Below are positions 34,301 through 55,357 of a stretch of 64,000 nucleotides of DNA, piece by piece (position 1 is the stretch's first letter; the number at the start of each line of letters is the position of its first letter). This DNA is from the human T2T-CHM13v2.0 reference genome, Homo sapiens. A program made the translations under genes and the position numbers. The stretch is from NCBI RefSeq assembly GCF_009914755.1, contig NC_060939.1. One strand, 5' to 3'. Under the pieces are notes generated by a model. That model did not search any database. It had not been told where the DNA came from and saw only the letters and a list, made by a program, of their open reading frames with translations.

Positions 34301-35859
34301 CAAAGCCACGTTAATAATAGCACAGACACATAAATTATTCTAATTATTTTATTATCAGTAAAGATTGGTTAAACGGAAAGGGTGTTCATTGTTGGCAATT
34401 ATGCCCTCAAGTTTTATCTGACTACTAGGGAAATGCAGTCCAGGGCTTTAATTTACTTCAGAGACCGTCACATAGCTTCTTGCCCACTTTCTTTTTCAAA
34501 CATCTGTATCCTAGAAGAGGTAACAGGTAATGGAGCATTTTCGCTGATGGCTGCGTCTAGACTGGAAAATGTTTTTTTGTTTGTGTTTGTTTGTTTGTTT
34601 TTGTTTTCTTTAATCACATTTCTAGACTTAGAACTCTTAGGAAAATGATCCATAAAAGGTCTAGTTTGGAAATTGAAATGTTCTTAAAGCGTTTTGAGTT
34701 TGTGTTGTTTCGTTTGATTGTTAAAGGAAGAAAAGGTTCTTAAAGTCCTTGTCCCTTTTTTGAAAACTGATGGAGAAATTATAAAGCACCTCCAGCTAAT
34801 GAAAATAGTTTACCTTGAGCTCAGGATTCACTGCTATAGCTCCCAATCTTCTTTTTTTAAAAAAAAGAAAAACTCTTTTCATAAAGTTTGAAACAATATT
34901 TGTGGCATTAAGCTTTATATCATAAGACCAGGCAGAAATTGCAGCATGTAAATGTTTGAAAAGGAGACGTAGACTTTTGAGCTGTGAGGTGCTTTGTTGG
35001 AGCGTCCTCTTGTGGTCAAATGTCATCAATACAACTTTAGAGTCACTTTTTTTTAAAGGGCGGTTTTGACAAACCCACAGTAGCGCAATGTTGACACAAG
35101 TTGCAATTCAGGATTGAAAGTTTGGTATCTTGTTAGATTTTGTATCCTCTCCTATTCTCCAGAAACACCTTAAAATGCATTCACTCAAGCAAACAGGAAT
35201 TCATGAGAGCTCTTAAATATACAAGAACTCTTAAAATACACAAAAATTATGCACAAATGCAAGGCAATGCTCCTTACTGATCTGGGAACAGAGAAAGTCT
35301 ACCTCATGAGGTGGCATCTCTCCCCAGGTGTCCTTCAACTGGCCATGGGAGGGACAGTTTTTTCCCATCAGCACCACTGTCAGAGGCCAATAGCATGAGA
35401 TGTAGTGGCTGCAGGCTGGGTGGATCATGTCACCCATCACTGCCCCTGTGACGTTGAGTGCACCCATCTGCAAGGAGAAGGTATATCCCCAGTGGAGCAA
35501 GGCTCCCAGAGGCCTCAGTTCTTAGATGGAAGTGAGTATGGCTTTTCTCTGATACCTGTTCCAATAGGGAATTCAAAGTGAGGGGGAAATATTAAAGGGA
35601 GTTATTATATTCAAGTATTTCCATAATTTGTTAACTGTAAAATATATATCATTTTTATGGCTTCAAAATAATCTACTTAGAAGCCTCACTAAAGATAAGG
35701 ATCTTTGTGAAAATTCCTGCCTTTGACCAGAAATCTGGGTTAAAACAGATTGAGAAATGAGAGCTTCTCTTTGATACCTCACATTTTTAGGTCTTGAAGG
35801 GACTCTGGGCATTATAGATTTCAAACTTCTCATTTTACAGATTAGAAAGAAAACAAAGA

Positions 35860-36480
<621 letters not shown>

Positions 36481-37021
36481 TCACCTAAAACTTCTGTCCT
36501 GCCACTGATTGGTCCATCCTGGCTCTTTCCTCATAATGATAAATAAATGATCACCGTATTCTTTAAGATAAGACTAGCCGCATTTGAAAATCACATAATA
36601 TAAAGCATCCTCTCTGAAAATTTCTGGAATTCTCATTCCTTGTTTATGTACCTGGATTTAACTCCCTCTACTCTATGCTCAAATCACTTGATTGACTGAG
36701 ATGCTGTCACTCTTGTCACTCAAGAGTCTTATACAAAATAGGGTATGGAAAGAAACTAATAATGTGCATTTTTATTATAAATGCCAATTTTAGCACATCT
36801 CAATGACTGATTTTATAGATCATTAGGAAGTAGCTTTTAGTCATTTATGAAAATAAAAGCCCATAGAATTATTCATCGTAGGTAAAAGAAAAAACTGAAG
36901 AAAGGTCTTTGATCAGCTGCCCTAAGGTTTTCAGCTAATATATGACATAGAAATGTGTAAGGGTTCTGGGAGATTGATGGACCGCCAAGATCTGAGATGG
37001 CTATGGTTGCCGCAGACATCC

Positions 37022-37035
37022 CCACAAGATGGCGC
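37022..37035 (+). promoter_or_regulatory. Candidate CTCF site overlapping a YY1 core
   Basis: CCACAAGATGGCGC fits CCASYAGRKGGCRS with one mismatch; AAGATGGCG is the YY1 core. Confidence 0.55.
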
Positions 37036-37694
37036 TCTTCTTTATTTTCCATTCATCTTAATTTTAAAAAGTGATTTTTACAGTTTCAGAATAAAACAGA
37101 ATCATGAAATATGTAGATGGTTTCATATATTATCCTGTTTAATGTTGCAACATACATCGCAGTTATAAAAATCAGCGTCCCCCTCCCCCACCCTGTCAGG
37201 AGGCGATCCCTGCCTGGATCCCCAAGGGTAGGGTGAGGGGTGTTGATGGTGCTCTTAGGAAATGCCAGGACTTGGCAGAAAGGGAGTGTGTGGGGTGTGG
37301 ATGTGTGTTGCAAGATTCTGTTTTTCCTAAAAGGTGAATTTAGTCTTAAAAGTATGTTAATAAGATTTTCTCATATATTAAGAGTTTTCTATCATCAAGG
37401 CTAAAGCAGAGGCTTCCCAATCACAGCCCCTTCCTCCACAAATTCCCCTCCTGAAGGGACTGTGCTGTCTATATCCCCTCCCTCCCACAGCAGTTCCTCT
37501 CCTGGGCTATTGAAATAGCAATGGATTCATAACTCTCTTTAGAAAGCAGCAGACAGCAACTGATTTCGCAGGAAAATGAGTAAAAAGAAAATAATATGTT
37601 GAAGTTATTTTAAAACCTCATGGATTTGGGCTAGAGTTCCCAATGATTGCCTCCACCATACTCTGGTTCCAAAAACTAGACTGAAATATTTTGC

Positions 37695-43830
<6,136 letters not shown>

Positions 43831-43964
43831 TATACAAGATAAGCCTGGGGCATCTTGCAGTGTCAGGAAAGTACGGAAGTTCTCATTCTCTCTCTCTCTG
43901 TCTGTCTCTCTCTCTCTCTCTAAGCCTGGGGCATCTTGCAGTGTTGGGAAAGTAAGGAAGTTCT

Positions 43965-43967
<3 letters not shown>

Positions 43968-44046
<79 letters not shown>
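43968..44046. repeat. Compound (CT)n(CA)n microsatellite
   Basis: Directly visible. Confidence 0.95.
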
Positions 44047-44047
<1 letters not shown>

Positions 44048-44049
44048 CT

Positions 44050-44932
44050 AAATTGATGTGTCAAAGAGACACAGGAACCAGCTTAAAGAACTCCCAATGG
44101 CCAAAGCTGGAACAATTTGAGCAGCAAAAAAAGTAGTATTGGATTATAACCCAAAGTATAAAATAAATATCCAAAATATCCAAAGTCCATAGTGACATAA
44201 TAACTGAATAAATAAATAAGAAAGAGAGAAATCTCTTGCTCAGAATTCCAATAATTTGTGTAGCTACTTCACCTCCAAAGAGGTGGATCATAACTCCCTT
44301 CTCCTTAAGTGTGGGCCGTACAGTGGCTTCCTTCCAAAAGGTACAGCATGGAAGAGGGACAGGGTTCCCCTGCAGTGGAGACACATGACAAACACTGCCT
44401 CAGCCAGATGACCAACATTAACTTCGCTAATGACAAATCATGTCAATAGGATGCCCCTTGATATAAGAGGATGAAAATGGCATTTTACCTCTGTGGTTTT
44501 CTTCCAAAAAACATATTACCCCAAGCTAATCATGAGATAAAAGTCAGACAATTCTCAATTGAGAGAAATTCTACAAAACAGATCAGTAATCTTCAAAATG
44601 TCAATGTCATTACAAACAAGGCAAGCCTGAGAAACTGTCACAGACACAAGGGGCCTGAGAGACGTGACATCTAAATGTAGTGTGATGTCCTGGATATGAC
44701 CCTCAATCAGGAGAAGGACACGAGGGAAAAACCAAGGACATTAGAATAAACTACGGGCTTCAGTTAATAATAGCGCATCAGTGCTAGGGTAAAAATTGTG
44801 ACAAATGTATTATACTAATATACCATGTTAACAGGGAAAACTCGGTATAGGGAATATAGGTATTCTGTATTATCTTCACAATAATTTTGTGAATCTGAAA
44901 CTTTTCTAAAATTCAAAGTTTAGTTTAAAAAA
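44050..44932 (+). mobile_element. Old L1MC-type 3' region
   Basis: Same motif set as the 16.9-17.5 kb copy (gtcagacaa.., gagaaactgtcac). Confidence 0.65.
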
Positions 44933-44936
44933 TGAT

Positions 44937-45085
44937 GCCGGGCATGGTGGTTCATACCTGTAATGCCAAGGCTCTAGGAGGCTGAGGCAGGAGGATCGTT
45001 CGAGCCCAGGGGTTTGAGGTTGCAATGAGCTGTGATTGCGTTGCTGCACTCCAGCCTAGGTAACAGAGCAACACCCCGTCTCTAA
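44937..45085 (+). mobile_element. Alu monomer (FLAM-like)
   Basis: Single arm. Confidence 0.8.
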
Positions 45086-45665
45086 CATTTTCCAATTTGT
45101 GCATACAAAGCTAATGGGTAAATTTTCTTCCATTTTTATTAAAATCCTGGTGCATCCACTCTCGCAGAGATGTGGAAGTAGGTTTGGATCCCGCCTCTTA
45201 CTAGCCATGTGACTCTGGGAAAGTCACTGAACCTCAGGCCTCACACCAGTCAAATGGGAATTCAATACCATGAACTATATCAAGCATCAGTGCCTGGCAC
45301 CTCAGAACATGTAACCTCAGAACGTTGCTTTTATTAGCTAGCTCATGTGGATTGGACAACAAAACAAATGTCTGGGTAGTAAATCAATTTAAATAGAAAA
45401 CTCAGAATGTACAAAATTCCTACACTGAGTTCTTCATCATGGATGAGAGAATAAAAAATTCTTATCTTAACCCATCAAGCTCCAACATCAGCTGCAGAAA
45501 AATATTCAAACCATTATTTACTCCAAGTCCAAACAGTATCTTTCAATGAACAGAAAATCCTTCTAGTGGAAGAGATTTGAGAGTTTCTTCTCAATCTGCT
45601 CAATCTGACTCCTGGGCTGTCCATACAATTGGGGTCTTTAGAGCCTGGCTCTAACTTTGTCCTGA

Positions 45666-46348
<683 letters not shown>

Positions 46349-49084
46349 TCACTCTGCCTTTCCTATGATTCCTTCACGCCTCCTCTTCCTGAATCCCCTC
46401 TATAGCTCTCTCTTCTGATATAGATGGATCGGGCATTCCCTGTTTCATCTCTGCTCCAGATTCAGGTTCTGAGGAGGAGAAAATGAAGTGGACTCAAAGA
46501 CAATCAAACTCTATCCCCTGAGAAGATTAATGTCCACTAGCAAGCCTTCTTCTTACTTGTTGTTAGGCTAAGAGGGTATGTGTGCCCATCTGTGCCTTGA
46601 GGCCAGATTCCAGGAAAAGAGGAAAGCAGAGATACAAGGAGGGAGAAAAACCCATCACTGTACATGTCACATCCTGAAAATATTTTATGCATAAAATTGA
46701 GGCATAATACCTGCACACATATGATTAAAATTTCCCACTAGCAAAACTGCTGGTTTATATAATAAATATAAAATGGATCATTATTCTGTGATGTCCCCAG
46801 AAGTGATTGGCAGGGACTTAGTCACAGAAACAAGTGTGAGAAGAACTGCCTGGACCTGTTGGGTGAATATGTCCATGTGGAAGAGAAACTATACAGCCCA
46901 GGCTTCCTGACCTTCCTAGTATCTTCTAATATTGTGGGGCCAAAAATCCCCTGAATGTAGCTGGCTCAATGTTTCCTACAGTTTTTGTTACGGTTGTTTA
47001 ATCAGAGTCATAGTTACATGGCTCCAGGAAGTGAACTTTTATCCTCTCCCTCAAGGAACTGCCCTGTGTTAGGTAACCAAATTAATTGATTTTCAGGAAC
47101 AAGAGGCACCGGACATCATGAATATTATTTCTCACCCATCATCAGACTACATATAGTCATCAACTTGATAAGGTCCAAAATTGATGGAAACAAAAAAACC
47201 TGCCTCACTGCCAAGAAAATATATGATGTTGCTGTATAGGCAACTCATTAACACCTCCCCTCACATCACCTAAGGTCGAAACACTCTGTACGCTTCCCGG
47301 AGGGCTCACAGAGTCAGGTCTTGTGGTTCACTGACAGAGAGAAAGGCGGCAGGAGGCACATCCGAGGCTATTAGACAAGAGAACCAAGGAGGTCGAATCC
47401 CCAAATGGAAACAGGCCCGAGAAGGAGATAAGCCACAAGGCATCCCTGGAATGATTGTCCAGTGTCCTGCTGGATTCTGCCAAGGCCAAGCAGCGCATAG
47501 CAGGAAGAGTCTTTCCTAGGTCCATGGGGCCCAGTCTCTAATCGTACACTACAATATGACATATATTATAGATGTGGTAATATATTACATGTATTTATTT
47601 GTTTTAGTAAATGCTTCCTTTATACTAAGAACTATACCAGTGACATTACACGTATTGCCTCATTTAATCCTCACAACAACCCTACAGGGTAGACACTATT
47701 ATTCCCAGGGGAGCAAAGCCATAAGGAACACTAAGTGGGGAGACCCTGGGGAAAAGATTCAGCTTAAGAGAACTCCCAGGCTTCCACTGGGGTTCAAGGG
47801 TAACAGCCTTTGTTGCAGGTGAATCCAACCCAGAGACAATCATCCTGACTGTCCTATGGCCCCACAGGTGGTCCCAGACACCTTCGACCCAGCAGGCTAA
47901 CCACTGAGCACCTTTAACCCTATAGACTTTATTTGGTGGAGATAGGAATTGATTGATTTATGTATCTCTGAGGGAGAGTCCCTCAAAACTTCTAGTATCA
48001 AACCCAGAATTACATTATAAAATACGTCAAAAGTACATTAATGACCCACCTTATCTGGCTCTTCCAGTTAAATGCTTACTTACATTCAGCCTCCGGTTAT
48101 GCTACACACTTTCTCATACCCTGTTCAATAGTCCCCGCCCCACGTTCCCTTCTTTAAGAGCCATATTCTCTGTTGAAGAAATGATAAATGAATATAAAAT
48201 CAAGTATGCTAAAGGATTGATGGATCACCCCTTCCAATTATTTTTTTTTTTCCTGAGGACAAATCTTAATGCCAAGACCAATGTCAAGGGGGGAGTTTCC
48301 GGCAGAGAGACCGATGGATGGGGGAAGAGAGGACAAGGTTGTTATCTGGTCTTTGGACTTGCGTAGCACATTCTTTGTGCCAAACAAACAACTTGTGTCA
48401 TCATCTCTGAATTCATCAGTGGCAGGCAGATTATTTATAATAAGGTGAGGCAGGCAAGGGGTTGCAGCAAATGTTCTAAGTAGGAGCAAAGAGTCACCAG
48501 CAATGATGGAAAGACAGCAGAGGTCCTTGGATAAAGTGATGGGATACTCCAAGCACCAGGGCAGGGCCCACCCTTTAAGAAATTGCTGTCCCTATTGTGC
48601 AAACACTCCTCCAAGAGGGAACTGAGCAGAGCAGGACAGGGAATGACAGGAGGGGTTCTGGGGCATGGGGAGAAGGGTGATGCAAGAACAGGGCTTCCAA
48701 GTAGCTGGGAGATGAGGTCAGCTCCCGGGGCATAGCAGTCTCAGCCCCAACATGACCGGGGTTATGAGAGGGGGAAAAAGCATGAGCCCCAGGCACAGCT
48801 CACCCCTTCCCCGAGGGGTAAGGAGGCCAACAGAGTCTCGGGAGCAGCAGGAGGCGCAGCTGAGTCAACATTCCATGCCCAGGCCGGGATGAAATGAGGG
48901 AGGGCCAGGACTGAATTTCTATGTGGAGTTCTGGAGGCCTTGGCCAAAGGAAGAAATAAACAACACACAGGCTAGGAAGAAGGCTAACATACCTTACCTT
49001 ACTCTGTGTCTGTCACTATGAGAAGCCAGGTGTCAATTACATGGAAACCTCATATTACAACAGAAATGGCTGCCCCCCCTCCCA

Positions 49085-49250
49085 CGCTAGTGCACACCTG
49101 TAGTCCCAGCGACTCAGGAGGCTGAGTGGGGAGGATCATTTGGGACCAGGAGTTTGAGGCTGCAGTGCACTGTGATCATGCCTGTGAATAGCCACTGCAC
49201 TCCCTCCTGGGCAATACAGCAAGACTGTGTCTCTAAGGAAGAAGAAAAAC
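49085..49250 (+). mobile_element. Alu monomer
   Basis: Single diverged arm. Confidence 0.75.
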
Positions 49251-50335
49251 AGAACTGGCAATTATGTCACTAAAGAGCTGAAAAGTTTTGATTCTACTAC
49301 CTCTTTCTTTGCTTCATCTATGCTCTGAAATCATTTTCTGTGATTTCTTTGTTTTCACAGCAGTTCAAAATACAATATCTGGGTGCAAACTTCATTTTCC
49401 TTTCCTCGTTTTATGACTCTGATGGGAACCTGTGTTCCCTACTGATACATAAAATTGCATTAACTTAGGCTCTTCAAAGCACAAAGTTAGCTCTAAATTA
49501 TGGGGCCCTGAGGTGTCTGAAATACTTACTATGATTTGTCTGGGAAACATATTGTAGGTATAAAAAGTCAAAAAGAAAACAAAGTCAGGGGGTACCCATA
49601 AAAAGATTCCCTTCCAGCTTCCCATCGTGGGATGTGGGCTGTTCTGGTAATGCGAGAAGAAATGGTGTCAAATCAGACTGAGATTGGAAAATAGGCTTTG
49701 ACATTGAGCAGGACCTCATTCCCCATTCCCAGGCCCAGTCAAGAAGACTTTTCCAGGGGTACCCAATACTGCTGTGGTCAGTTTTTGATCTCCTGCAAAC
49801 ACTCGACTTCCCAATCAGCGGTCAGACACTCCAGGTGATATATGGGGGCTGGGCACCATTTCCCATCACCTGGGAACTTCCTCTTTCCATCTCTGGAAAC
49901 CCAGCTCTCCCAGGGAAAGGCTGTTTGCTTCTCTCTTTCACCCCACAGCCCACTCCTTTGAGATAATCCAGGTATATATCCTGGATTGAACTAGACATTG
50001 AAAAACCAAAAGCCACCTTAACTCTCCCATGGGGCGAGGAAGGCCTGACTGTGGCTGCCTAAACACCAACTCCTCTTTGAGAAGGGGGAGGAAAAACTGC
50101 CTCTTGTTCTTTCTGATGAGCTTTCTGTCAAGGAAACAAGAGCTGATTCCCAAATGGGTCATCTTGCCAATTATATTAATAGCAATCCGTTCCAACTGGG
50201 GTTTCAGGTGATTTCCGTTTTCTTCTTCACACTTTTCTGTGTTTTCCAACTTTCTGCAATGATTATATAATCCTCTTTTAAGAAAACCATACCAAAAAAA
50301 CAACAACCAAAAAATCCAGCTTTATGGATTGCCTC

Positions 50336-50636
50336 CTCATGCCTGTAATCCCAGCACTTTGGGAGGCCGAGGTGGGTGGATCACTTGAACTCTGGAGTTC
50401 GACACCAGTCTGGGCAACATGGCAAAACTCCATCTCCACGAAGAAATACAAAAATTATCTAGGTGTGGTGGTATGCACCTGTAGTCCCAGCAACTCAGGG
50501 GACTGAGGCAGGGACAGCTTGAGCCTAGGAGGTCAAGGCTGCAGTGAGCCATGTCCACACCACTGCACTCCAGCCTGGGTGACAAAGCAAGGATTTGTCA
50601 AAAAAAAAAAAAAAAAAAAAGAACAAAACAAAAAAG
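50336..50636 (+). mobile_element. AluJ-like
   Basis: Alu body and poly-A. Confidence 0.9.
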
Positions 50637-51135
50637 GATTGCCGCCCCTAGAAACTTTCCAGGTGGTTCTCTTGGATGCAATCAGCTACTCTCAACCCCC
50701 AAGTGCCTGTGCTTTTCCCAATCACAGCCCTTGTCATTCTGCTTGGCTGGCTTTGCCTTGCTCTTACTCTCTCTTATCTCCATATCCCTAGTGCTTTGTT
50801 CAGGGACCAGCACATAGGAGGTGTGTCTATTGAATAAATGAAGTCAATGAATGAATACATGGATGACTGAGGACCAATATTACCTGCAGAACTATAGACT
50901 TTAACAAATCTTCATAGTCATATATCAGCTCATGTCTATTCAGACAAAGGCAATTCATTGAGACCAAGATGGTTCTCCAAAACCCAAGACTCCATGGTAA
51001 AATTTGAAATCTGGCGATCTCGGAGTAACAAAGGCTTGTTTCAAACATTTCTCTGTTCCTAATCCAAACTCCTTGTTATTTCTTGGATTAATTAATCTTT
51101 AGACATTTACTTGAAAGCATAATTGCCTTGGGCTA

Positions 51136-51490
51136 TACATTAGTTCATTCTCACATTGCTATAAAGATACTACCCGAGACTGGGTAATTTATAAAGAAAA
51201 GAGATTTAATTGACTCACTGTTCTACATGGCTGGGTAGGCCTCAGGAAGCTACAATCACGGCAGAAGGTGAAGGGGAAGCATGGACCCTCTTCACATGGC
51301 AGTAGGAGAGAGACGTGCAAGCAGGGGAAATGCCAGACAGTTGTAAAACCATCAGATCTCATGAGAACTCAGTCACAGGAAGAGCATGGGGGAAACCCAC
51401 CCCTGTGATCCAATCACCTCCTTCCCTCCACACGTGGCGATTACAATTGGAGATGAGATCTGGCTGAGGACACAGAGCCAAGCTGTATCA
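51136..51490 (-). mobile_element. MST-type MaLR solo LTR
   Basis: Termini present; TSD ggcta/ggctg. Confidence 0.85.
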
Positions 51491-54400
51491 GGCTGTAATG
51501 GATTACAGCTGAGAAAGTTCCAATTTGTCCTCACCAACTGTTTAAAAACATCAGCCACCCTCACAGCCAGGTTCCAGTGGCATTACATGTTTTTTCTGGT
51601 TTGTTTCTTATTAGTAGAGACCTGGTGGTTCAACTACAGGTCAGCAAGGGGGTCAGGGGTGTGTTGGAGGAGGGCCACGATCATCCCTAAATATTTAGCT
51701 CATTTCCTTCACTGATTTTAGGGGCACAAGAAAGTCCTCTTGTACCCCAACCATTCATTTCCTAACTCTTCTCATGCCTGTACTAGGAGGACAAAACTTC
51801 CATTCCAAGATAGAAGATAGGGTGGGTCCTGCAGACTCATCCCAGGGAAAAGGACATGGGCTAACAGCCATACCAAGGAGTAGCTGGGAGATGCCCTTCC
51901 CAGAGCAGTAAGGAGGCCACCAGAGTCCTGGGAGCAGCAGGAGGCACAGCTGTCCTACAGACCCTGTAAGGAGACCAGGAAGACTTAAGTCTACCTTTGA
52001 CTCCCTCCCAATTTTGCCCAGAGCTTGCCTAGCTTTTGCACCGAATGCAGGCTATTTAAAGCTGGAATTGTTGAGTTTGGATTTCTGTCAGGGATTTCTA
52101 TCTGGTTCCCTCTCCTCTAACATTCTACTGCGAGGAACAAGACCGAGAGGCCTGATTAGGGACACAGAGCTGGGAACAGCACAAATGCAAAAGAGGACTG
52201 GCAAAGTGTTTTTGTTTCAGGGGAAAGTGTTTTTGTTTCAGGAAACCTGCTGACATAGGGAATGCTTCTGTTTTTCTGCAGAAATGCTGCCTTCAGTGGA
52301 CAAAATTCAGCCACAATCAAGCTAATTGAGTGCACAAATGTAATATTTTTCCAGGGCACCTCCAATTTAATGCTTGATGAAATTGTGTCTTTCGCATATA
52401 TTTACAAAAGCTTTTCTTCATCCAGAAATGTCTGTTAAAATTGCTTATAGATGCTGAGATAGCAAATCACTCTTCTAATGTAATGAGGTAAGTCATCTCT
52501 ATAAACTTTGCTTGCTCAAATGTACTCGCGTAAAAGAAATCGGGCTACAAGCTTTTCTCAATAAATAGAATGAACAACTAGAACTTGATGGCTGTAGCAT
52601 GTTCTGCCTCACTGCTAAGGGATGTTTAAAATTGCTCGCACTCTCTCTCCTCGCTCTTGCAGCAGAGTTTTCATTTTGGTAGTTGATGGAAAAAGGAGGT
52701 CAAATAAACCGATGTGGATAAGAAGCCAAAGCCGTTTGTCAAAACACAGGGAGAGGACTGGAGACGGGAGTCATTTAAAAACTAAAAATTGATTTAAAAG
52801 ATTTCTGTCCTCAAATCATTTGTCTTGCTAAATGTAGCCATTTTGTGAGCCTGGTTTTCCCTGCTGTAGCTATATTTACTAATAGTTTATACCATGGGAA
52901 CTTCACATACTGGGGAAGATTCATATATACAGCCATTTGTGCATAGCCCAGTAAAACTGGTCTGAAGATCAAGTCCATGGAGAAGTCAAGACCTTTCGGG
53001 GTTCACCCATTTGTTTCTCAATAAGATTTGCCTTCTAACTTTTTTAACTGGAAGGGCAACTCTGTAGCAAAAGGCGGAAAAGACCATCTCACACACACCT
53101 AGGTCACAATACAGGGCTGTCATGTATGGCTGCACAGGTTGTGCACTGCACAACACCAAGGGAGGTATCATTCACATAGACTACAACAGGATGAGTGTTC
53201 TCTGGGGTTGTGCAACATGATGGCTCTGCCCAGCCCCACCAAGGCAGGGAGAAAAAAATCATGTTCTTGATCACAGTGTTACAGTACAATAAGTTTTCAT
53301 AGCTACATTGCATCAATTACCTTTTATTCCTCAAAGAATAAAATCAAAGTTCTTGTTACCAACTCACAGCCTGCCAGGTACCCTTTTCCTTCTCTTTGCA
53401 AAGTAAAATTTCTGGGGAGAATAAGTCAAACCTCCAGATGGTTCTCTTTATTCATGAAACAGTTTGGACAGCTTGACTGAAGAGGACAGGCTGAAATCCA
53501 GAAGAAAATGGGACCAAAATTCAAGTGCCCTGGCTGTGAGTTTTGGAAAACACTGGACTGCCATTGCTTTGTATAGAGGAAAAACAGTAGACAGTGTTTG
53601 AAACAGTTCTCCAAGCGCCTTTCCTATGTTGGCCTGCCCTTTCAACTTTCCCACATACCTGTTGGCCACACCAGTGGCCAGACTGTCCTGGGCACAGTGG
53701 GAGCGTAAGTTTCCCCATATTCACCCCATGGCCTTGTCTGCTCCACACCACTGCTCCCTTTGCAGCCTGAAACACACGTATGATTGAGAGGTAACAATGC
53801 CTAAATGTTCACTGATCTGAAACACTGCTCCTGACAGTCTCTGCCCAGCCCTATCAATTCTGAGTTCAGTATAATTTGGGGTTAATGAGAAAGGTCCTGC
53901 TTCTTAGGCAGTTCCTTGAACTCTGCCCAAGCACACAGAACAGTATATTCTGTGATTTGGGGCATCCATTTTAATATGTATAGGCAGGACACATTTGATA
54001 AAATACCTGATTTTTGCATAACCTGCTTTTTAAGGACTATCTCAGGGGCCTTTCACATACGTTATGGGCCACTAGTGACCCAAGAGCCATGCTCGATCCA
54101 AATTTCCATCTAAAGTTTGCCAAAGGGCCAAAATAGCAGCCAATCAGCTCACGGATGTATTTGGTTTGGTCAATGCCATGTTGTTACGACTGTTGTTTGA
54201 ATTGAATTTGAATGCCTCAAGCAAGGCAGGCATTCCCCATTTTCCCCAGATTCCCCACTTCTGTCCAACCTGCCCATTTCATACATTCATTTCCATTACC
54301 TACCTAGTCCCTGCAGATGACTGAGTGGGCCCTGCATCAGCCAGGTGCCAAAAATGAGTAGTTGACACACCCTCCACTAAGGAGAAGGGTTAGGAGGAGT

Positions 54401-55029
54401 AGTCAACTTCCCCTCACTCCCAGCCCTCTACCCTGCTTATGGGGAGCACTTGTATAAAAAGGAATCTGCAGAACCCAGTACCAGCAGCCTGGGGACAGCA
54501 CCTTCACATTTATGAACACAGATAGATACATATATATACATGCGTATGCAGTCTATCCATGAAAATGTACTGGAAACCAGGCGACTCCAGGGAAGGCCAC
54601 TGGCTAGTAAGGGAGAGACATAACTTTCCCTGTACAGAAAGAAGTCTCTGAACTTTTTGACATGTGTACCATTGTATCAGCGACCTGTCATTCATTCCCA
54701 GACCCTTAAGAACCTGCATGGAGTGCTTTCTCCCAGCTGTAAAACCTCACCTTAGATTTTAGTGTGCAGCTCAAATTGTTCCTTTTCTCTATCATCTTTC
54801 TCAATCCTCCCAGTCAAAAGAAATCCCTTCTCCGTGCTTCCCATCGGCTTGTGTTGGATCTCCTTTGCCAGAATGCTGTAGCCTGCCCCACCCTGCCCCA
54901 CTGCTCTCTCCAGTTTGTGGCTGCCCCTGATGCTTATTTTCACCTAATTAACCTGTAGAAAGATAAGCAGATAAGGGGTCCCTCTGGGACCCTTTTTCTC
55001 CCCCATAGGTCCTCTCATGCCCTGGGCAT

Positions 55030-55231
55030 GTACTGCTGCCCAACAGAACTTTCTATCGAAATGTTCCCTGCCTGCGCTGTCCAGATATACTAGCTGCTGA
55101 CCACATGTGAAAGCTGAGCATTCGAAATGTGGATTGTGTGACTCAGGAACTGATTTTATTTTATTTTATTTCATTTAAATTTAACTTAAATAGCGACACT
55201 TGGATAGGGGCAACCATACTGTACAGCTCAG
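55030..55231 (+). mobile_element. MER3 hAT-Charlie element overlapping the distal ANXA2 3'UTR
   Basis: caacagaactttct..ctgcgctgtcca..ccacatgtg..gaaatgtgg..gactcaggaactgatttt..aaatagc matches the recalled MER3 layout. Confidence 0.75.
55155..55170 (-). terminator. Distal poly(A) signals (three overlapping AATAAA)
   Basis: tttattttattttatt on + strand, inside a MER3 copy. Confidence 0.65.
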
Positions 55232-55351
55232 TCCCAGAGCTTTCTTCCTACAGGGACAGCCTCACCAGCTGAACCCCAAGCACGTTTAATTTTCAAACAA
55301 TTCAGTTGAAAGCAGGGCCACAAAGTACGTGTTTCTAAAGTACAAATTCAG

Positions 55352-55357
55352 TTTATT
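55352..55357 (-). terminator. Proximal poly(A) signal AATAAA
   Basis: tttatt on + strand, ~270 nt after the stop codon. Confidence 0.85.
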
